This document shows, piece by piece, positions 1 to 13,428 of a stretch of DNA of 64,000 nucleotides (positions within the stretch are counted from its first letter, which is position 1; each line of letters begins with the position of its first letter). Below the pieces are notes generated by a model. That model worked only from the letters and a program-made list of their open reading frames with translations, made no database searches and was not told where the DNA came from. Origin of the DNA: Eledone cirrhosa (taxonomy: Eukaryota); NCBI GenBank assembly GCA_964016885.1, contig OZ024742.1, forward strand, positions 366,792,001-366,856,000, in the 5' to 3' direction. A program made the position numbers and the translations under genes.

Positions 1-325
1 TAAAGATATCTATAGATACACACACACAATGAAACGTTTAAAGAGCATGTTTTGAAATTAAGATGTATGCTCTGCTCTTTGTAAAATATGTCTAATATGG
101 ATTTAATATTGTCGTTGATATTTTAATATATTTTACGTGGCTTGATAGTCTTAAGAATTTATAATATAATTTCGTATATGGATTTAATATAGTCGTTCAT
201 ATTTGAATATTTAACGTGACTTAATATTGTCTTAAGATATGTATTTAATATTCTTTGTTTTTGAATTACAATATATACTTTATACGGTTTTAATGTCATC
301 TTTCAACATTTAATATATCTAATAT

Positions 326-497
326 GCAGTATCGGTAGAGGGTCGGACGCCATGCTTTCCAGCATAGTTACGTGCCTTTACGATCTGAGTTCAAATCCCG
401 CCGAGGTTGACTTTGCCTTTCATCCTTACGGGGTCAATAAAATAAAGTACCAGTAATGAACTGGGTAATTGCTGGCCTTGTGCCTAAAGTAGACACA
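326..497 (+). mobile_element. tRNA-derived SINE, family 1 (Meta/Sauria-like central domain)
   Basis: A-box-like GCAGTATCGGTAGAG, B-box GAGTTCAAATCCC, core TTTGCCTTTCATCCTTACGGGGTCAATAAAATAAAGTACCAG; closely similar copies at 20111, 22858, 39304, 47730. Confidence 0.75.
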
Positions 498-1230
498 TAT
501 TATTTCAAATAATAAATATTTTGTATGAATTTAATAACATTTTTCAACTTATATATTTTATATGGTCATTCACATCGTCTCTCATTTTATGAAATATATA
601 TGATATAGTTTAATATTGTGTTTCAACATATAACAGATATTTCACAAGGATGTTATATTGGTCATTCAATTTATAATATATATTTTATTATGGTTTTCAT
701 ACTATCTTTCAAGATGTAATAATATTTCGTATGATCTAAATATTGTCTTTCAAAATATAAAATATATATTATTTCAATATCGCTTTTCATCGGAAATATG
801 TTCTATGTGATTTAATATCATTTTTCAATTTATATATTTTATATGGTTCAACACACGATATATATTTTTTAATATGGTTTTAATATGGTTTTTCAACTTA
901 GGATATATTTTATTATGCTCTCTTATCGTTGTCGTGATTCCAGTTTTTAAATTTTATCTTCTTTCTTAATTCCATTTAATTCTTATTTACTTTTGTTACT
1001 GTTGGTATAGTTGTTGTTATTGTTGCTATTGTTGTTATTGTTGTTATTGTTGTTATTGTTGTTATTGTTATTGTTGCTATTCATATGGTTATTGGTATTA
1101 TTATAGTGGCTGTTATATCGATAAATTATTGATTTCTAACACACACCCGTCAAATCTCTAATGAAGCAAGTTTACGAAAAATACTGATAGATGATAGACT
1201 TGTTGCATTATCGATGTTGTTGTTGAATTA

Positions 1231-4062
1231 TGTGGTGGTGGTCGTTGTGGTGGTGTTAGTGGTAGTGGTGGTGGTCATTGTGGTGGTGTTAGTGGTAGTG
1301 GTGGTGGTGGTAGTAGTAGTGGTGGTGTTAGTGGTCGTGGTAGTAGTAGTGGTGGTGTTAGTGGTAGTGTTGGTGCTGGTGGTGGTGTTAGTAGTAGTGG
1401 TGGTGCTGGTGGTGTTAGTGGTAGTGGTGGTGGTGGTAGTGGTGGTGGTGGTGGTGGTGTTAGTGGTCGTGGTAGTAGTAGTGGTGGTGTTAGTGGTAGT
1501 GTTGGTGCTGGTGGTGGTGTTAGTAGTAGTGGTGGTGCTGGTGGTGTTAGTGGTAGTGGTGGTGGTAGTAGTGGTGGTGGTGGTGGTGGTGTTAGTGGTC
1601 GTGGTAGTAGTAGTGGTGGTGTTAGTGGTAGTGTTGGTGCTGGTGGTGGTGTTAGTAGTAGTGGTGGTGCTGGTGGTGTTAGTGGTAGTGGTGGTGGTAG
1701 TAGTGGTGGTGGTGGTGGTAGTGGTGGTGGTGGTGTTAGTGGTAGTGGTGGTAGTGGTGGTGGTGGTGGTGGTGGTGGCGGTGGTAGTAGTAGTGGTGAT
1801 GTTGGTGGTAGTAGTAGCGGTGGTGGTGGTGGTAGTAGTGGTGGTGGGTGTGGTAGTAGTAGTGTTTTTGGTTGTGGTGGTGTTAGTGGTAGCGCTGGTG
1901 CTGGTGGTGGTAGTAGTAGTGGTGGTAGTGGTGGTGGTGGTGTTAGTGGTGGTGGTAGTAGTGGTGGTGGTGGTCGTGGTGGTGGTGGTGGTAGTAGTAG
2001 TGGTGGTGGTGGTGGTAGTAGTGGTGGTGGGTGTGGTAGTAGTAGTGTTGGTGGTTGTGGTGGTATTAGTGGTAGTGCTGGTGCTAGTGGTGGTAGTAGT
2101 AGAGGTAGTAGTGGTGGTGATGGTAGTGGTGGTGGTGGTGGTAGTAGTAGTGGTGGTGGTGGTGGTGGTGTTAGTGGTAGTGGTGGTAGTAGTGGTGGTG
2201 GTGGTGGTGATGGTGGTGGTGGTGGTGGTGGTGGTGGTGGTGGTAGTAGTAGTGGTGGTGGTGGTGGTGGTGCTGGTGGTAGTGGTGGTGATGGTGGTGC
2301 TGATGGTGGTAGTGGTGGTGCTGGTAGTAGTGGTGGTGATGGTGGTAGTGGTGGTGGTGGTAGTAGTGGTGGTGCTGATTGTGGTGCTGGTAGTAGTGGT
2401 TGTGGTGGTGCTGGTGGTAGTGGTGGTGCTGGTGGTTGTGCTGGTGGTTTGTGGTGGTGCTGGTGGTAGTGGTGGTGCTGGTGGTGGTGCTGGTAGTAGT
2501 GGCTGTGGTGGTGGTGGTGGTGGTGGTGGTGGTGGTGGTGGTGGTGGTTGTGGTGGTGGTGGTGGTAGTGCTTGTGTTGGTGGTGGTGGTATTGCATGTG
2601 GTGGTGTTGGTAGTGCCTGTGGTAGTGGTGGTGGTGGTGGTGGTGGTGGTGGTGGTGGTGGTGGTGGTGGTGGTGGTGGTGGTGGTGGTGGTGGTGGTGG
2701 TGGTGGTGGTGCTTGTGGTGGTGGTGGTGGTGGTGGTCCTTGTAGTGGTGGTGGTGGTGCTTGTGGTGGTGGTAGTGCTTGTGGTGGTGTTGGTAGTGCT
2801 TGTGGTGGTGGTGGTGGTGGTGGTCCTTGTAGTGGTGGTGGTGGTGCTTGTGGTGGTGGTGGTGGTAGTGCTTGTGGTGGTGTTGGTAGTGCTTGTGGTG
2901 GTGGTGGTGCTTGTGGTGGTGGTGGTTGTGGTGCTTGTAGTGGTGGTGGTGGTGGTTGTGGTGGTGGTGGTGGTGGTGGTGGTGGTGGTAGTGCTTGTAG
3001 TGGTGGTGGTGGTGGTTGTGGTGCTTGTAGTGGTGGTGGTGGTGGTTGTGGTGCTTGTAGAGGTGGTGGTGGTGGTAGTGCTTGTGGTGGTGGTGGTGGT
3101 GGTAGTGCTTGTGGTGGTGGTGGTGGTGCTTGTGGTGGTGGTGGTGGTGGTAGTGCTTGTGGCGGTGGTGGTAGTGCTTGTGGTGGTGGTGGTGGTGCTT
3201 GTGGTGGTGATGGTGGTAGTGCTTGTGGTGGTGGTGGTGGTAGTGCTTGTGGTGGTGGTGGTGGTGCTTGTGGTGGTGATGGTGGTAGTGCTTGTGGTGG
3301 TGGTGGTGGTAGTGATTGTGGTGGTGTTGGTAGTGGTGGTAGTGCTTGTGGTGGTGCTGCTGCTGCTTGTGGTGGTGGTGGTGGTAGTGCTTGTGGTGCT
3401 GGTGGTGGTAGTGCTTGTGGTGCTGGTGGTGGTAGTGATGGTGGTGGTGGTGGTGGTAGTGATGGTGGTGCTGGTGGTGGTGGTGCTTGTGGTGGTGATG
3501 GTGGTGGTGGTGCTTGTGGTGGTCGTCGTGGTAGTGCTTGTGTTGGTGGTGGTTGTGGTGGTGATGGCGGTAGTGATGGTGGTGGTGGTGGTGGTGCTTG
3601 TGGTGGGGGTGGTGGTGGTGGTGGTGCTTGTGGTGGTGGTGGTGGTAGTGCTTGTGGTGGTGTTGGTAGTGCTTGTGGTGGTGGTGCTTGTGGTGGTGGT
3701 GGTGGTAGTGCTTGTGGTGGTGTTGGTAGTGCTTGTGGTGGTGGTGGTGGTGTTTGTGGTGGTGGTGGTGTTGGTAGTGCTTGTGGTGGTGGTGGTGGTG
3801 GTGCTTGTGGTGGTGGTGGTGTTGGTAGTGCTTGTGGTGGTGGTGGTGGTGCTTGTGGTGGTGGTGGTGTTGGTAGTGCTTGTGGTGGTGGTGGTGGTGC
3901 TTGTGGTGGTGATGGTGGTAGTGATGGTGGTGGTGTTGGTAGTGCTTTTGGTGGTGGTGGTGGTGGTGCTTGTGGTGATGGTAGTGCTTGTGGTGGTTGT
4001 GGTGGTGGTGGTGGTGGTGCTTGTGTTGGTGGTGGTGGTGGTGCTTGTGTTGGTGGTGCTTG
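1231..4062. repeat. degenerate (GGT)n trinucleotide array
   Basis: GGT/AGT/GCT/TGT triplets with internal block duplications; several frames open (poly-V/G/T/P). Confidence 0.9.
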
Positions 4063-4521
4063 TTGAAACCACTAATGGTTTGTTGTTATTTTACTGTGAC
4101 CTTTACTATTTCTAAAAGCTACATTACATTGTATTGTTGTTGCTGTTGTTGTTGTTACTGTTATTGTTGTTGCAGTTGTTGTTGCTGTTATTGTTGTTGT
4201 TGTTGTTGCCATAGTTAATGGTGTTTGATTTGGATCTGTGTTCTTCTATCTGGCTTTCTGATCTTGGAAGCAAATGAGCGCATGTGATTGCGGGCAATCG
4301 TGCATACGTACATGTGTACGTGTGTCTATATCTGTATATACGCCTGGCTTTATATGTGTGTGTCTGTGTGATCGTGTGTGGATATCTGAGCTCTGTGTAT
4401 GTGTTAGAGAACGTGTGTGTGAACGTGTGGAAGTGCGTGTAGGTTTACATGTGAGCGTACATGTGCCTAGCTGTACATCTGTGTGTGAGTGTTTGTGTGT
4501 GTGTGTGTGGGGGGTGTCTCT

Positions 4522-4596
<75 letters not shown>

Positions 4597-4654
4597 TGTG
4601 TGTGTGTATTTGTGTGTGCGTGTGTGTATGTGTGGGTGTGTTTGTGTGGGTGTG

Positions 4655-4685
<31 letters not shown>

Positions 4686-4695
4686 ATGTATGTAT

Positions 4696-4727
<32 letters not shown>

Positions 4728-4914
4728 TTATGCGCAAACTCTATGAAGAATTTAACTGATTTTCTATTTTATCGTTGTAATTGTAAAAAAAAATCTAAAT
4801 TTTTTAAAATGTTTAATAGAAAATAAGACAAGTCATCGATTTATTTCCAGTGGTAGAAGTTCACAAATTTATAATGGAAAGAGGATATGGTTTCGTATTA
4901 TGTAATGGTAGACA

Positions 4915-5330
4915 GTGATTGGTAGAATTATTAGGGCGTCTGATTGAAAATGCTTCAGTATTTATCCGGTTCACTGCACTCTGAGTTCAAATCCAAACAA
5001 GGTCAATTTTTGTGAAGGCACATGGCTTAGTGGTTAGAGCATTGGGCTTGCAATCAAAAGGTTGTGAGTTCAATTTTCGGACCGGTTGATGTGTTGTTTC
5101 CTTGAGCAAGACACTTTATTTCACGTTGCTCCAGTTTACTCTGCTGTAGAAATAGGATGATAGGACTGGGTCCCTATCATTAAATCACTCAAGACACCTT
5201 CAACGAGATATACTTTGGAGAAGGCCAGCTAAACCTGCGTAGCTGTGAGCTGTCACACACTCTCCAAAGTCAATTTTACCATTCATCATTTCAAGTTTGA
5301 TTAATAAAGTACCAGCTTAATACTGGGGTG
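4915..5330 (+). mobile_element. old family-1 SINE interrupted by a family-2 SINE (about 5015-5155)
   Basis: GAGTTCAAATCC head at 4983; ...ATAAAGTACCAG tail at about 5305; inserted TGGCTTAGTGGTTAGAGC...CCTTGAGCAAGACACTT. Confidence 0.55.
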
Positions 5331-5595
5331 GATTCTTCCTTTCTCTTTCTCCCCCGATATATGTATGTATATTGGAGGCCGGCTGTACCAGCCATAGAAT
5401 GATCAAATAAGATGTATCTTTCACCATAATCCCTCGAAATAAACAATACCATTCTTAAGAGTTGAAATATTATTCGTGCAAGGTTCTATAGTCAGTCTAC
5501 GAACTTTTCAGTTGATCCTCCTCCTCATCTCTATTTCCCTCTCCCTCTCTTCACACACACACACATATATATCTCTATCTCCCTCTCCCTCTCTC

Positions 5596-5633
<38 letters not shown>

Positions 5634-5751
5634 CATATGAAATACCAATGATGGTTGGAAAATCACTGACGAAGGACTATTTTTATCATATGCAACCTAT
5701 GTGCAACCACGCAGTTTTCTTCTTCCTTCTCATGTTTATATATATATATAC

Positions 5752-5809
<58 letters not shown>

Positions 5810-5866
5810 TGTAGTTAGTAAATGAAACAAACAAAACACAGGAGGCAATTTTTACGCGGTTATATT

Positions 5867-5933
<67 letters not shown>

Positions 5934-5935
5934 CT

Positions 5936-5967
<32 letters not shown>

Positions 5968-5969
<2 letters not shown>

Positions 5970-6100
5970 CGAAGGAAATGTGGTAAGGAACCAGGTGGAC
6001 CATAACGCACCAAAGTACTCAATACTTAGGGTAGTAGAGTGGGTAGTAGGAACGAGTTGGACCCCAACGGCTGAGCTCAAGCCGTTTCGACGGCTAATTC
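5968..6100 (-). mobile_element. pLTR-like fragment carrying the 3' half of a hammerhead (GAAAC-GGC...GCC-GTY)
   Basis: Same sequence inverted at 45775-45910; partial copies at 36352, 40520, 45703. Confidence 0.55.
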
Positions 6101-6159
6101 TGTCTACGCCATCTTTATTTAGTCTGTTTATATCAGACTAAATAAAGATGGCGTAGACA
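6101..6159. repeat. perfect 26-bp inverted repeat with 7-nt loop
   Basis: TGTCTACGCCATCTTTATTTAGTCTG-tttatat-CAGACTAAATAAAGATGGCGTAGACA. Confidence 0.95.
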
Positions 6160-6426
6160 TACAATGTAACGGGAGGAAACAATAACACCACTGACGATGT
6201 TGCAGATGTGCAGCGAAAGAACTTTGATAAACTATATATATGTGTTTGTGTCTATATTGTATCTGTATTATTTTTGACCGTTGGTCAGTCAATGGCAACA
6301 TTGAGGACCGAATAAATTAGATTACCGATATAAAAGACACAGAAGCGAAAAGCGAAAACCAACCAAACAGTGAGTGTGTTCTGTTATTAATTCTGGCAAT
6401 ATTACACAAATATGACCCTCCCCAAG

Positions 6427-6583
<157 letters not shown>

Positions 6584-6812
6584 GCATGGGTTCGATTCCT
6601 GCACTTTGTTGTGTGTTGCGGTCTTGAGCAGAACACTTCATTTCAGAAAATGTGTACCTGCAATAGCTGGGGGCTAACCCTGCGATTGTCTGATATCCAG
6701 GGATGGGGGGAGTCTTGTACTCTAAGTCACTTTCTACCATTGAAAAGAGTACTCAATACCGAACTACCTTTAATATTCATTTTATTAAAATTAAATCTAT
6801 TTAGCTTCAGGA

Positions 6813-6845
<33 letters not shown>

Positions 6846-6942
6846 TGTATGTATGTATGTATGTATGTATGTATGTATGTATGTATGTATGTATGCATAT
6901 ATATATATATATAGTTATGTAATAAACAACATAAGGCAATTA

Positions 6943-7002
6943 TTCCATTTACCAGTGGTTTCTTAAAAGCAAAAGATTTTGCTTTCAATCCTCAGAATGA
7001 AA
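6943..7002 (-). ncRNA. type I hammerhead ribozyme (outer-element pLTR family), intact core
   Basis: TTTCATT CTGAGGA TTGAAAGCAAAA-TC-TTTTGCTTTTAA GAAA CCACTGG TA AATGGAA; stems I, II and III all pair, GUA cleavage triplet. Confidence 0.85.
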
Positions 7003-7158
7003 AAATCCTGGTCTGTTTATTGAATTTGGATTTTAAAAACAAAAATGCAATCTACATGAAAGTGAGGCTGGAGAAGGAAGAAGGAAAGGAAAAATAAAAT
7101 AAAACTACACATGCAAACACACACAAAAACACGCACACACACACACAAAAGCATACAT

Positions 7159-7189
<31 letters not shown>

Positions 7190-7369
7190 CATACACTCAT
7201 ACATACACACACCCACACACATATATACACACATATATGTGTATATAAATACACACATACACATACATATACACATATATACATACGCACATAAAAATCA
7301 ACACATCCATACATACACATACATATATACAACCACACACACATATATACACACATACATATAAATATC

Positions 7370-9085
7370 AATTAACTAATAATAATACCTACAATACTAT
7401 CAATAAAGAAGCTAAAGAACTAGCTAGTTCTTTAAAAATAGATAACCAGATTGAAAGCCTAGCTAAGCGTAAAGAATAAATTACCCTTAAAGACCATAAA
7501 TTGGACTTTACTAATCGACCTAGTTGTAGACTAATTAACCTGGCTAAATCCGAGGTTGGCCTTGCAAGTAAAAAAATTTAAGAAACATAATTCTCCAAAT
7601 TAGAACTAACACTGACCTATCACAGTGGCTAAATACTTCCTCTGTTATTTCTTGGTTTAATAATATACAAGGTAAAAATAAATGTAGATTTACCCAATTT
7701 GATATTGTCAATTTTTACCCATCTATTACTGTTTCCTTATTAACTAATGCCTTAGATTTTGCAAGACCCTTCATTAATATTTCTAAATTAGAAGAAGACA
7801 TTATCTTTCATGCTAGAAAAACTTTACTCTTTACTAATGATAATATTTGTGTTAAAAAGTGAAACCCTGAAAACTCTTTAGATGTTGCAATGGGTTCATA
7901 TGAGAGTGCGGATGTGTGTGACTTAGTAGGATTATTCCTTTTCCACACCCTCAAAGAGAAATTTCCGTCCCATAATATCGGTTTATACCGTGATGACGGA
8001 TTAGCAGTTTCTCATACCACCAACGGCCATAACCTTGATAAATTCCGTAAAGATTTAATCAATACTTTTGCTAATCTTAACCTTAAAATCACTATAGATA
8101 CAAACCTTACTAATGCTAACTTTCTTGATATTAATCTTGATCTACTTACCGCCTCTTTTAAACCCTATCATAAACCTAATGAAAATCTTACGTATATACA
8201 CAAAGAGTCTTGCCATCCCCCTATAGTTTTTAATAATCTTATTCCTAACATTAGCCGTAGGATTTCTACCTTATCTTCGTCTATAGACATTTTTAATAAA
8301 GCCGCCCCTTATTATAATAAAGCCCTTAAGAACAGCGGTTTTACAGAAAACAATTCTTATTTACCTACTCCCACCCCCCCTAAAACTAACCACAATAACC
8401 GGAAAAGGAAGATTATTTGGTTCACACCCACCTTCTCTATAACTGTCAAAACTAATGTAGGAAGGAAATTCCTTGAACTATTAGACAAACATGTTCCTCC
8501 TAATCATAGATATTATAAGATATTTAATAGGAACGTAGTTAAGATCAGCTACTCTTGTTGCCCATCTATGAAGTCCAAAATCACCAGTTAAAACCATACG
8601 AGAACAAATCCAGGATGCAGTTGCAGGAAGCCGGATGAATGCCCATTGCAGGGTAAATGTAACACCAAATCTGTTGATTATGAGGCTAAGATAACACCAG
8701 TAATCAACAACCAGCCATCCAGGAGTGAGCGATATGTCAGTATGACCCAGGACAGGTTTAAAAACAGATTTTACTCACATGTCGCTTCTTTTAAGCACTC
8801 CGATAAACGAACATCAACGGCCCTCGCAAGTAAGGTGTGGGAACTCAAGGATAGTAACATCCCGTACTCTATTGATTGGTCTATATTAGACCATTCGAGG
8901 GAGTACCAAAGGGGCACAAAGAATTGTTCTTTGTGCACCACAGAAAAATATAGGATTTTGCTAAACTCGAGAGCCACTTCCGCTTGCCTTAACTCAAAGA
9001 CTGAGATTTCAGATGCTGTCCTCATCTAAAATCGCACCTGATCTGTAACTGGATTGACACTCCTATGATAAATCAACCGCCTTGA
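7370..9085 (+). pseudogene. Penelope/Naiad RT + GIY-YIG endonuclease pseudogene
   Basis: ITLKDHK, FDIVNFYPSI, MGSYESADVCDLVG, GLYRDDGL, CSCRKPDECPLQGKC, FKNRFYSH, CSLCTTEK; several stops and frameshifts. Confidence 0.9.
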
Positions 9086-9300
9086 ACTCCTTCTCTGCTC
9101 TTTACTTCTGCTACGGTTTATTATTTTGCTGAATCTACGTTCTGTACTCTTGTATATATATATTTTTCTCCCTTACCTCCCCTTATATTTCACCTTTTCC
9201 TATGTTTCTCCCCCCCCCATATATTCTTTTTGCCTTACCCTTCACATACCTATGTGTATGTGTATGTATATTTATGTGTATATATATATGTATATATATA

Positions 9301-9344
<44 letters not shown>

Positions 9345-9470
9345 AAGTTTTATTTAAATTGTTGGGTTACAACGAGTAAATATTTATAACTGATATAAAA
9401 GCACTCAACAAGTATTTGGAGTATATTTACGATATTAAATAAATGGAAACTATATTTATAAAACCATATT

Positions 9471-9536
9471 TATTTCATTATATATATTTCAGGGATATCA
9501 TATTAAAAATATGGTATGCCTTCTTCAGACAAAATA
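9471..9536 (-). ncRNA. minimal type I hammerhead ribozyme in 3' pLTR
   Basis: TATTTTGT CTGAAGA AGGCATACCATATT-TTT-AATATGATATCCCT GAAA TATATA TA ATGAAATA; palindromic TATATA in place of stem III. Confidence 0.8.
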
Positions 9537-9771
9537 CAATATAAACAGTCTTATAAATAGATAGATTTGACATACCTTAAACTTCCATTTAAAAAGTTGA
9601 TTTGGTAGTGAAAAATGTTAGGGACAGTTATAAAAAGAAAGAAAGAAAAAAAGCGAAGAAAAAGAAGAAATGCATGCAACTAAATAGAGAGAGATAGATA
9701 GAGAGAAGAAATTCATGTAAAGAAACAGAGAGAGATAGATAGAGAGAGAAAAAACACAGAGGGAGATAGAT

Positions 9772-9803
<32 letters not shown>

Positions 9804-10955
9804 AAAAATAGAGAGAGATAGATATAGATAGAGATAGAGAGAAAGAAAATAGGTAGTTGGGCACCAGTTGAATGACGTATCAATGATATATTTATTTATT
9901 TATTTATTTATTTAGTTCTAGTATTAAGGTAGAGAGAGATATATGTGGTTAGGAGAGAAAACAGCCGTTACATAGAGAGAAAAGAAAAATATCCAGACAT
10001 AAACGAGGCAGATTTAAAACATTATGTTTCATCAATGTAAAAATATTAATTCGTATTAATTAGGTATTATAATGTAAATATCAGTATTCATGAATGAGAC
10101 ACGTATCAATAATGTGTGAAAAATAATGATCACATGTCTAGTTTAAAATTCCTAGGTTTATATCAGAGTTGAGTTAAAAAACTGAGATAAAAAAAAAATG
10201 AGATAAAAAAAAACTGAGATAAAAAACTGAGATAAAAAACTGAGATAAGAAAACTTTAAAAAAAATTGAAATACATAAGTATATATGCACTTTCATGAAA
10301 AAAAAAAAAAAAAAAAAAAAAAAGAAAGAAGAAAAAGAAAAAGAAAATAGAAGGTTATCCCAGATTCGATACTATAGACTTCCATGTGAATTTACGTGAT
10401 CAACTCTGCAAATTCCTATTTCACATGAAAACATTCTCATTGTGCTATAAAAATTCTAGTATACATATATGTGTACATACACACAAATATATATAGAATC
10501 TACATTAATTTTAACAATACCATTCTTGTCTTTACTCTACATGATTATCGTTCAAGCATAAATAGACAACAGATACCAATATATGAATAAAAATATCAAA
10601 AAATTAAAAAATATTAAAAATAAAACAGTATGCCCCGCAAATCAACCACAGAGATCAACCCTTCAAAAATTAATTGACAATATATTGCCAATCAGAATCA
10701 AAAGCAAACAAAACCAAAATTATTTACCAAATCCTGTCTAGCAGAAATCATTCCAAAAGTTTAGGATACCCATTTGATCTACAGATGGTCTTATATTTAT
10801 TATAGAAGTTTATCTAGTGTAAAATTTATTCGATATATTTGGAGCATCAGCTTTTAGGGTAGTTTAATTAATTCATGAAGAATGTTTAAAAAAAAAAAGA
10901 AATCGAAAGATTTATCGGCGAGTTTCATAAATAATTATAAATCAAAGTAAATATA

Positions 10956-13184
10956 CTACATTTTAAATTTATATTTATATTTAAAAGTTGAGTTCAATCT
11001 ATGTCTGCAGCAACTGAATACATTTGTCCGTAAATTAAGGGAATTTTTAGATTTTAGTATAAAGAATATCTCCTCCGCGCAGAGGTCACATGTCTCAGAG
11101 GATGAATTAAAAGGAATCCCTCTTGAGACTATATTCCAAGCCGTCGAATATCCAACGTTATCATGCTTAAGTTGCCAGAGTAAGCCTGATAGTGATGTTG
11201 AAGATTTTTTGCTTGGATCTGTGAAAGAATACTTGTGGTTATTATAGCGAAGTTTAAATTCTGTCGAGGTGGAACCAACATAGTTAAAAGAATTTAAGTC
11301 CGTTTTAACATTACAGTTGTATATTATATTTTTAACTAAGCAATTGTTATTTAACGGACATTTAGATCTATCTCTACAGTTACATTTGTTTACTTGGATA
11401 TTATTTATGCTATTATCGCTATTTTGGCTAGGTTTTAAATTCCTATTATTTATTCTATTAATATTTTGTGCTAAATTTTTGGTGGATGAGTAAGTTAATT
11501 TTATAGTATGTCTATTGAAAATTGAGTGATACCTATGTGTTCTAGGGAAGCGATTATCAAGAGCATTAAAAAATAGTTTAGCGATGTGGGTTTTAATGTT
11601 TAGTGAGAAAGGGGGGGGGGGGGCAAACCATATTATATTCCTAGTTCTATTTCTTTTTTGGCTTTTGGAATTATTGTAATGCTTTCTATTATAGTTGTTA
11701 AAGTTGTTGCCGTAATTAAAATTGTTGTTATTTTGGTTAGTTTGTCTATTATTATCTATGTACATAATTTTATCACTATATCCTGCTCTAGCTAACGCTT
11801 CATTGTAATACTGGGCCTTTTCGTCGAAAATCTTTTTATTAGATGAGATTCTAGAGATACGTTTTTGAACAGAGTTCACTATAGTATTTTTAACAGATCT
11901 GGAGTGGTTAGAGTTAAAACTGACATAGTTTAAGTTTTCATTCAACTTGTGAAATGGATAGTGAAGACATGTGTTGAGATTTAATGTTACATCTAGGAAA
12001 TAGACTATTCTATGGTTATTCTCAATTTCTATTTTTAGATTAAAGTAATTAAAAAATTGTGTAATTTGTTTTCTTTTTCTATTTAGTTCAGAGTTATTAT
12101 TTTCAATAAGTAAAAGCATGTCATCTCTATATAAACCTCCGGTAGCACCGGGTATTTTCCTATGCAGCGAATTGATTATAAATAGGCCCACAAGGTCAGT
12201 TACCTGAGCTGAGTCGGATGATCCCATAGTAATGTCGAAATTGTTATCTCTATCTGCTCTGGTCCATAGTTGGTCATTAAATTCTATCAATGTTCTCCTA
12301 GCCGATAATATAATGTGCATTTCATTGCTAGTTAGGTCTGTATGTTTGAATGCGTAATTTAGTGCCTTATTTAGTAGATTAGGGGTAATAGATGAATAAT
12401 AGTTAGCAATATCTAGTTGAATAAATTTATTATTATTGTTATATTTAATTTCTTTAAACCACTCAATAACCTCTCCAGTTCCCTTCCACAAGCTCAAGTT
12501 AGGCAAACAATTCAAGGTTTTAATTTGCTGTATCACCCTGTCTAGAATGTTTTTGCTTAGTTTACCCAGGTCAGATTTTGATGGTGCAATCAATCTAACT
12601 GGCAGGTCATTTTCAAAATTTCTTTTGTGATCTTTCATATTGATCTTCGGTTTCCTGGGCACGAAAGGTTGTGTTCTGTTCTCAATTTCCAACTCATGCA
12701 TTATACAAGATGCCTCAACATTCATTTTCTCAAGCTCGGCCTTATCTGCTACCTTGTACTTTTTTCTCAGTTCTTTCAGTATGAGGCCATCATACATATC
12801 TTTTTGCACTCCATAGAGGTTGTTGGTCTTGTCAGATTTCACCAAGATCTTCTCAGTTTTCTCTAAGCTCTCAATATTATCCTTAATGCCTTTCAGATAT
12901 TCCTGGCCTTTGAAGTTTCTCTTGAATTTGACTCCTTGTATGATAGAAATTATATCGTTTTCAAAGTCAAATAAAAGTTTGTTGGGGGGTGGATTTTTTT
13001 TAGATTTGAAAACTTTGTCTAAGTCCGAGACATTTTCATTTATATTAGATTTATCAAAGTGGAATGCACGCCACCTGATTCTCCTTATAAAAGAGTTCGA
13101 TTTATCTATTAATTGTTTAATAAAGTCTTTGTTTCTAGGTAGAGGTATGTCTTTTAAAGAGGAAGAAATCTTAAAGAATTCCAT
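10956..13184 (-). CDS. Penelope-like (Naiad-type) reverse transcriptase + GIY-YIG endonuclease, 742 aa, uninterrupted
   Basis: SLKDIP N-terminus, SDKTNN (DKG-like), LDIANYYSSI, MGSSDSAQVTDLVG, LYRDD, CNCx5Cx5C linker, IIY...YVG, FKLRYNNH, CDLC...CRH. Confidence 0.95.
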   Translation of the reverse strand: MEFFKISSSLKDIPLPRNKDFIKQLIDKSNSFIRRIRWRAFHFDKSNINENVSDLDKVFKSKKNPPPNKLLFDFENDIISIIQGVKFKRNFKGQEYLKGIKDNIESLEKTEKILVKSDKTNNLYGVQKDMYDGLILKELRKKYKVADKAELEKMNVEASCIMHELEIENRTQPFVPRKPKINMKDHKRNFENDLPVRLIAPSKSDLGKLSKNILDRVIQQIKTLNCLPNLSLWKGTGEVIEWFKEIKYNNNNKFIQLDIANYYSSITPNLLNKALNYAFKHTDLTSNEMHIILSARRTLIEFNDQLWTRADRDNNFDITMGSSDSAQVTDLVGLFIINSLHRKIPGATGGLYRDDMLLLIENNNSELNRKRKQITQFFNYFNLKIEIENNHRIVYFLDVTLNLNTCLHYPFHKLNENLNYVSFNSNHSRSVKNTIVNSVQKRISRISSNKKIFDEKAQYYNEALARAGYSDKIMYIDNNRQTNQNNNNFNYGNNFNNYNRKHYNNSKSQKRNRTRNIIWFAPPPPFSLNIKTHIAKLFFNALDNRFPRTHRYHSIFNRHTIKLTYSSTKNLAQNINRINNRNLKPSQNSDNSINNIQVNKCNCRDRSKCPLNNNCLVKNIIYNCNVKTDLNSFNYVGSTSTEFKLRYNNHKYSFTDPSKKSSTSLSGLLWQLKHDNVGYSTAWNIVSRGIPFNSSSETCDLCAEEIFFILKSKNSLNLRTNVFSCCRHRLNSTFKYKYKFKM

Positions 13185-13362
13185 TTTTTCAGTTATAATT
13201 TAAAGCGCTCAACAGTATTGGAGCAAGATATATGCAAAGTTTTATTTAAATTGTTGGGTTACAACGAGTAAATATTTATAACTGATATAAAAGCACTCAA
13301 CAAGTATTTGGAGTATATTTACGATATTAAATAAATGGAAACTATATTTATAAAACCATATT

Positions 13363-13428
13363 TATTTCATTATATATATTTCAGGGATATCATATTAAAA
13401 ATATGGTATGCCTTCTTCAGACAAAATA
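13363..13428 (-). ncRNA. minimal hammerhead ribozyme in upstream pLTR
   Basis: Identical to 9471-9536. Confidence 0.8.

Noticed and set aside
1214-4115. Long Gly/Cys-, Val-, Thr- or Pro-rich ORFs (structural protein or mucin?)
   Set aside because: GGT triplet array open in several frames, with a phase shift near 2450, no unique domain and no credible start context
5015-5090. tRNA gene (also at about 63270-63334)
   Set aside because: A/B boxes run into SINE cores; no complete cloverleaf
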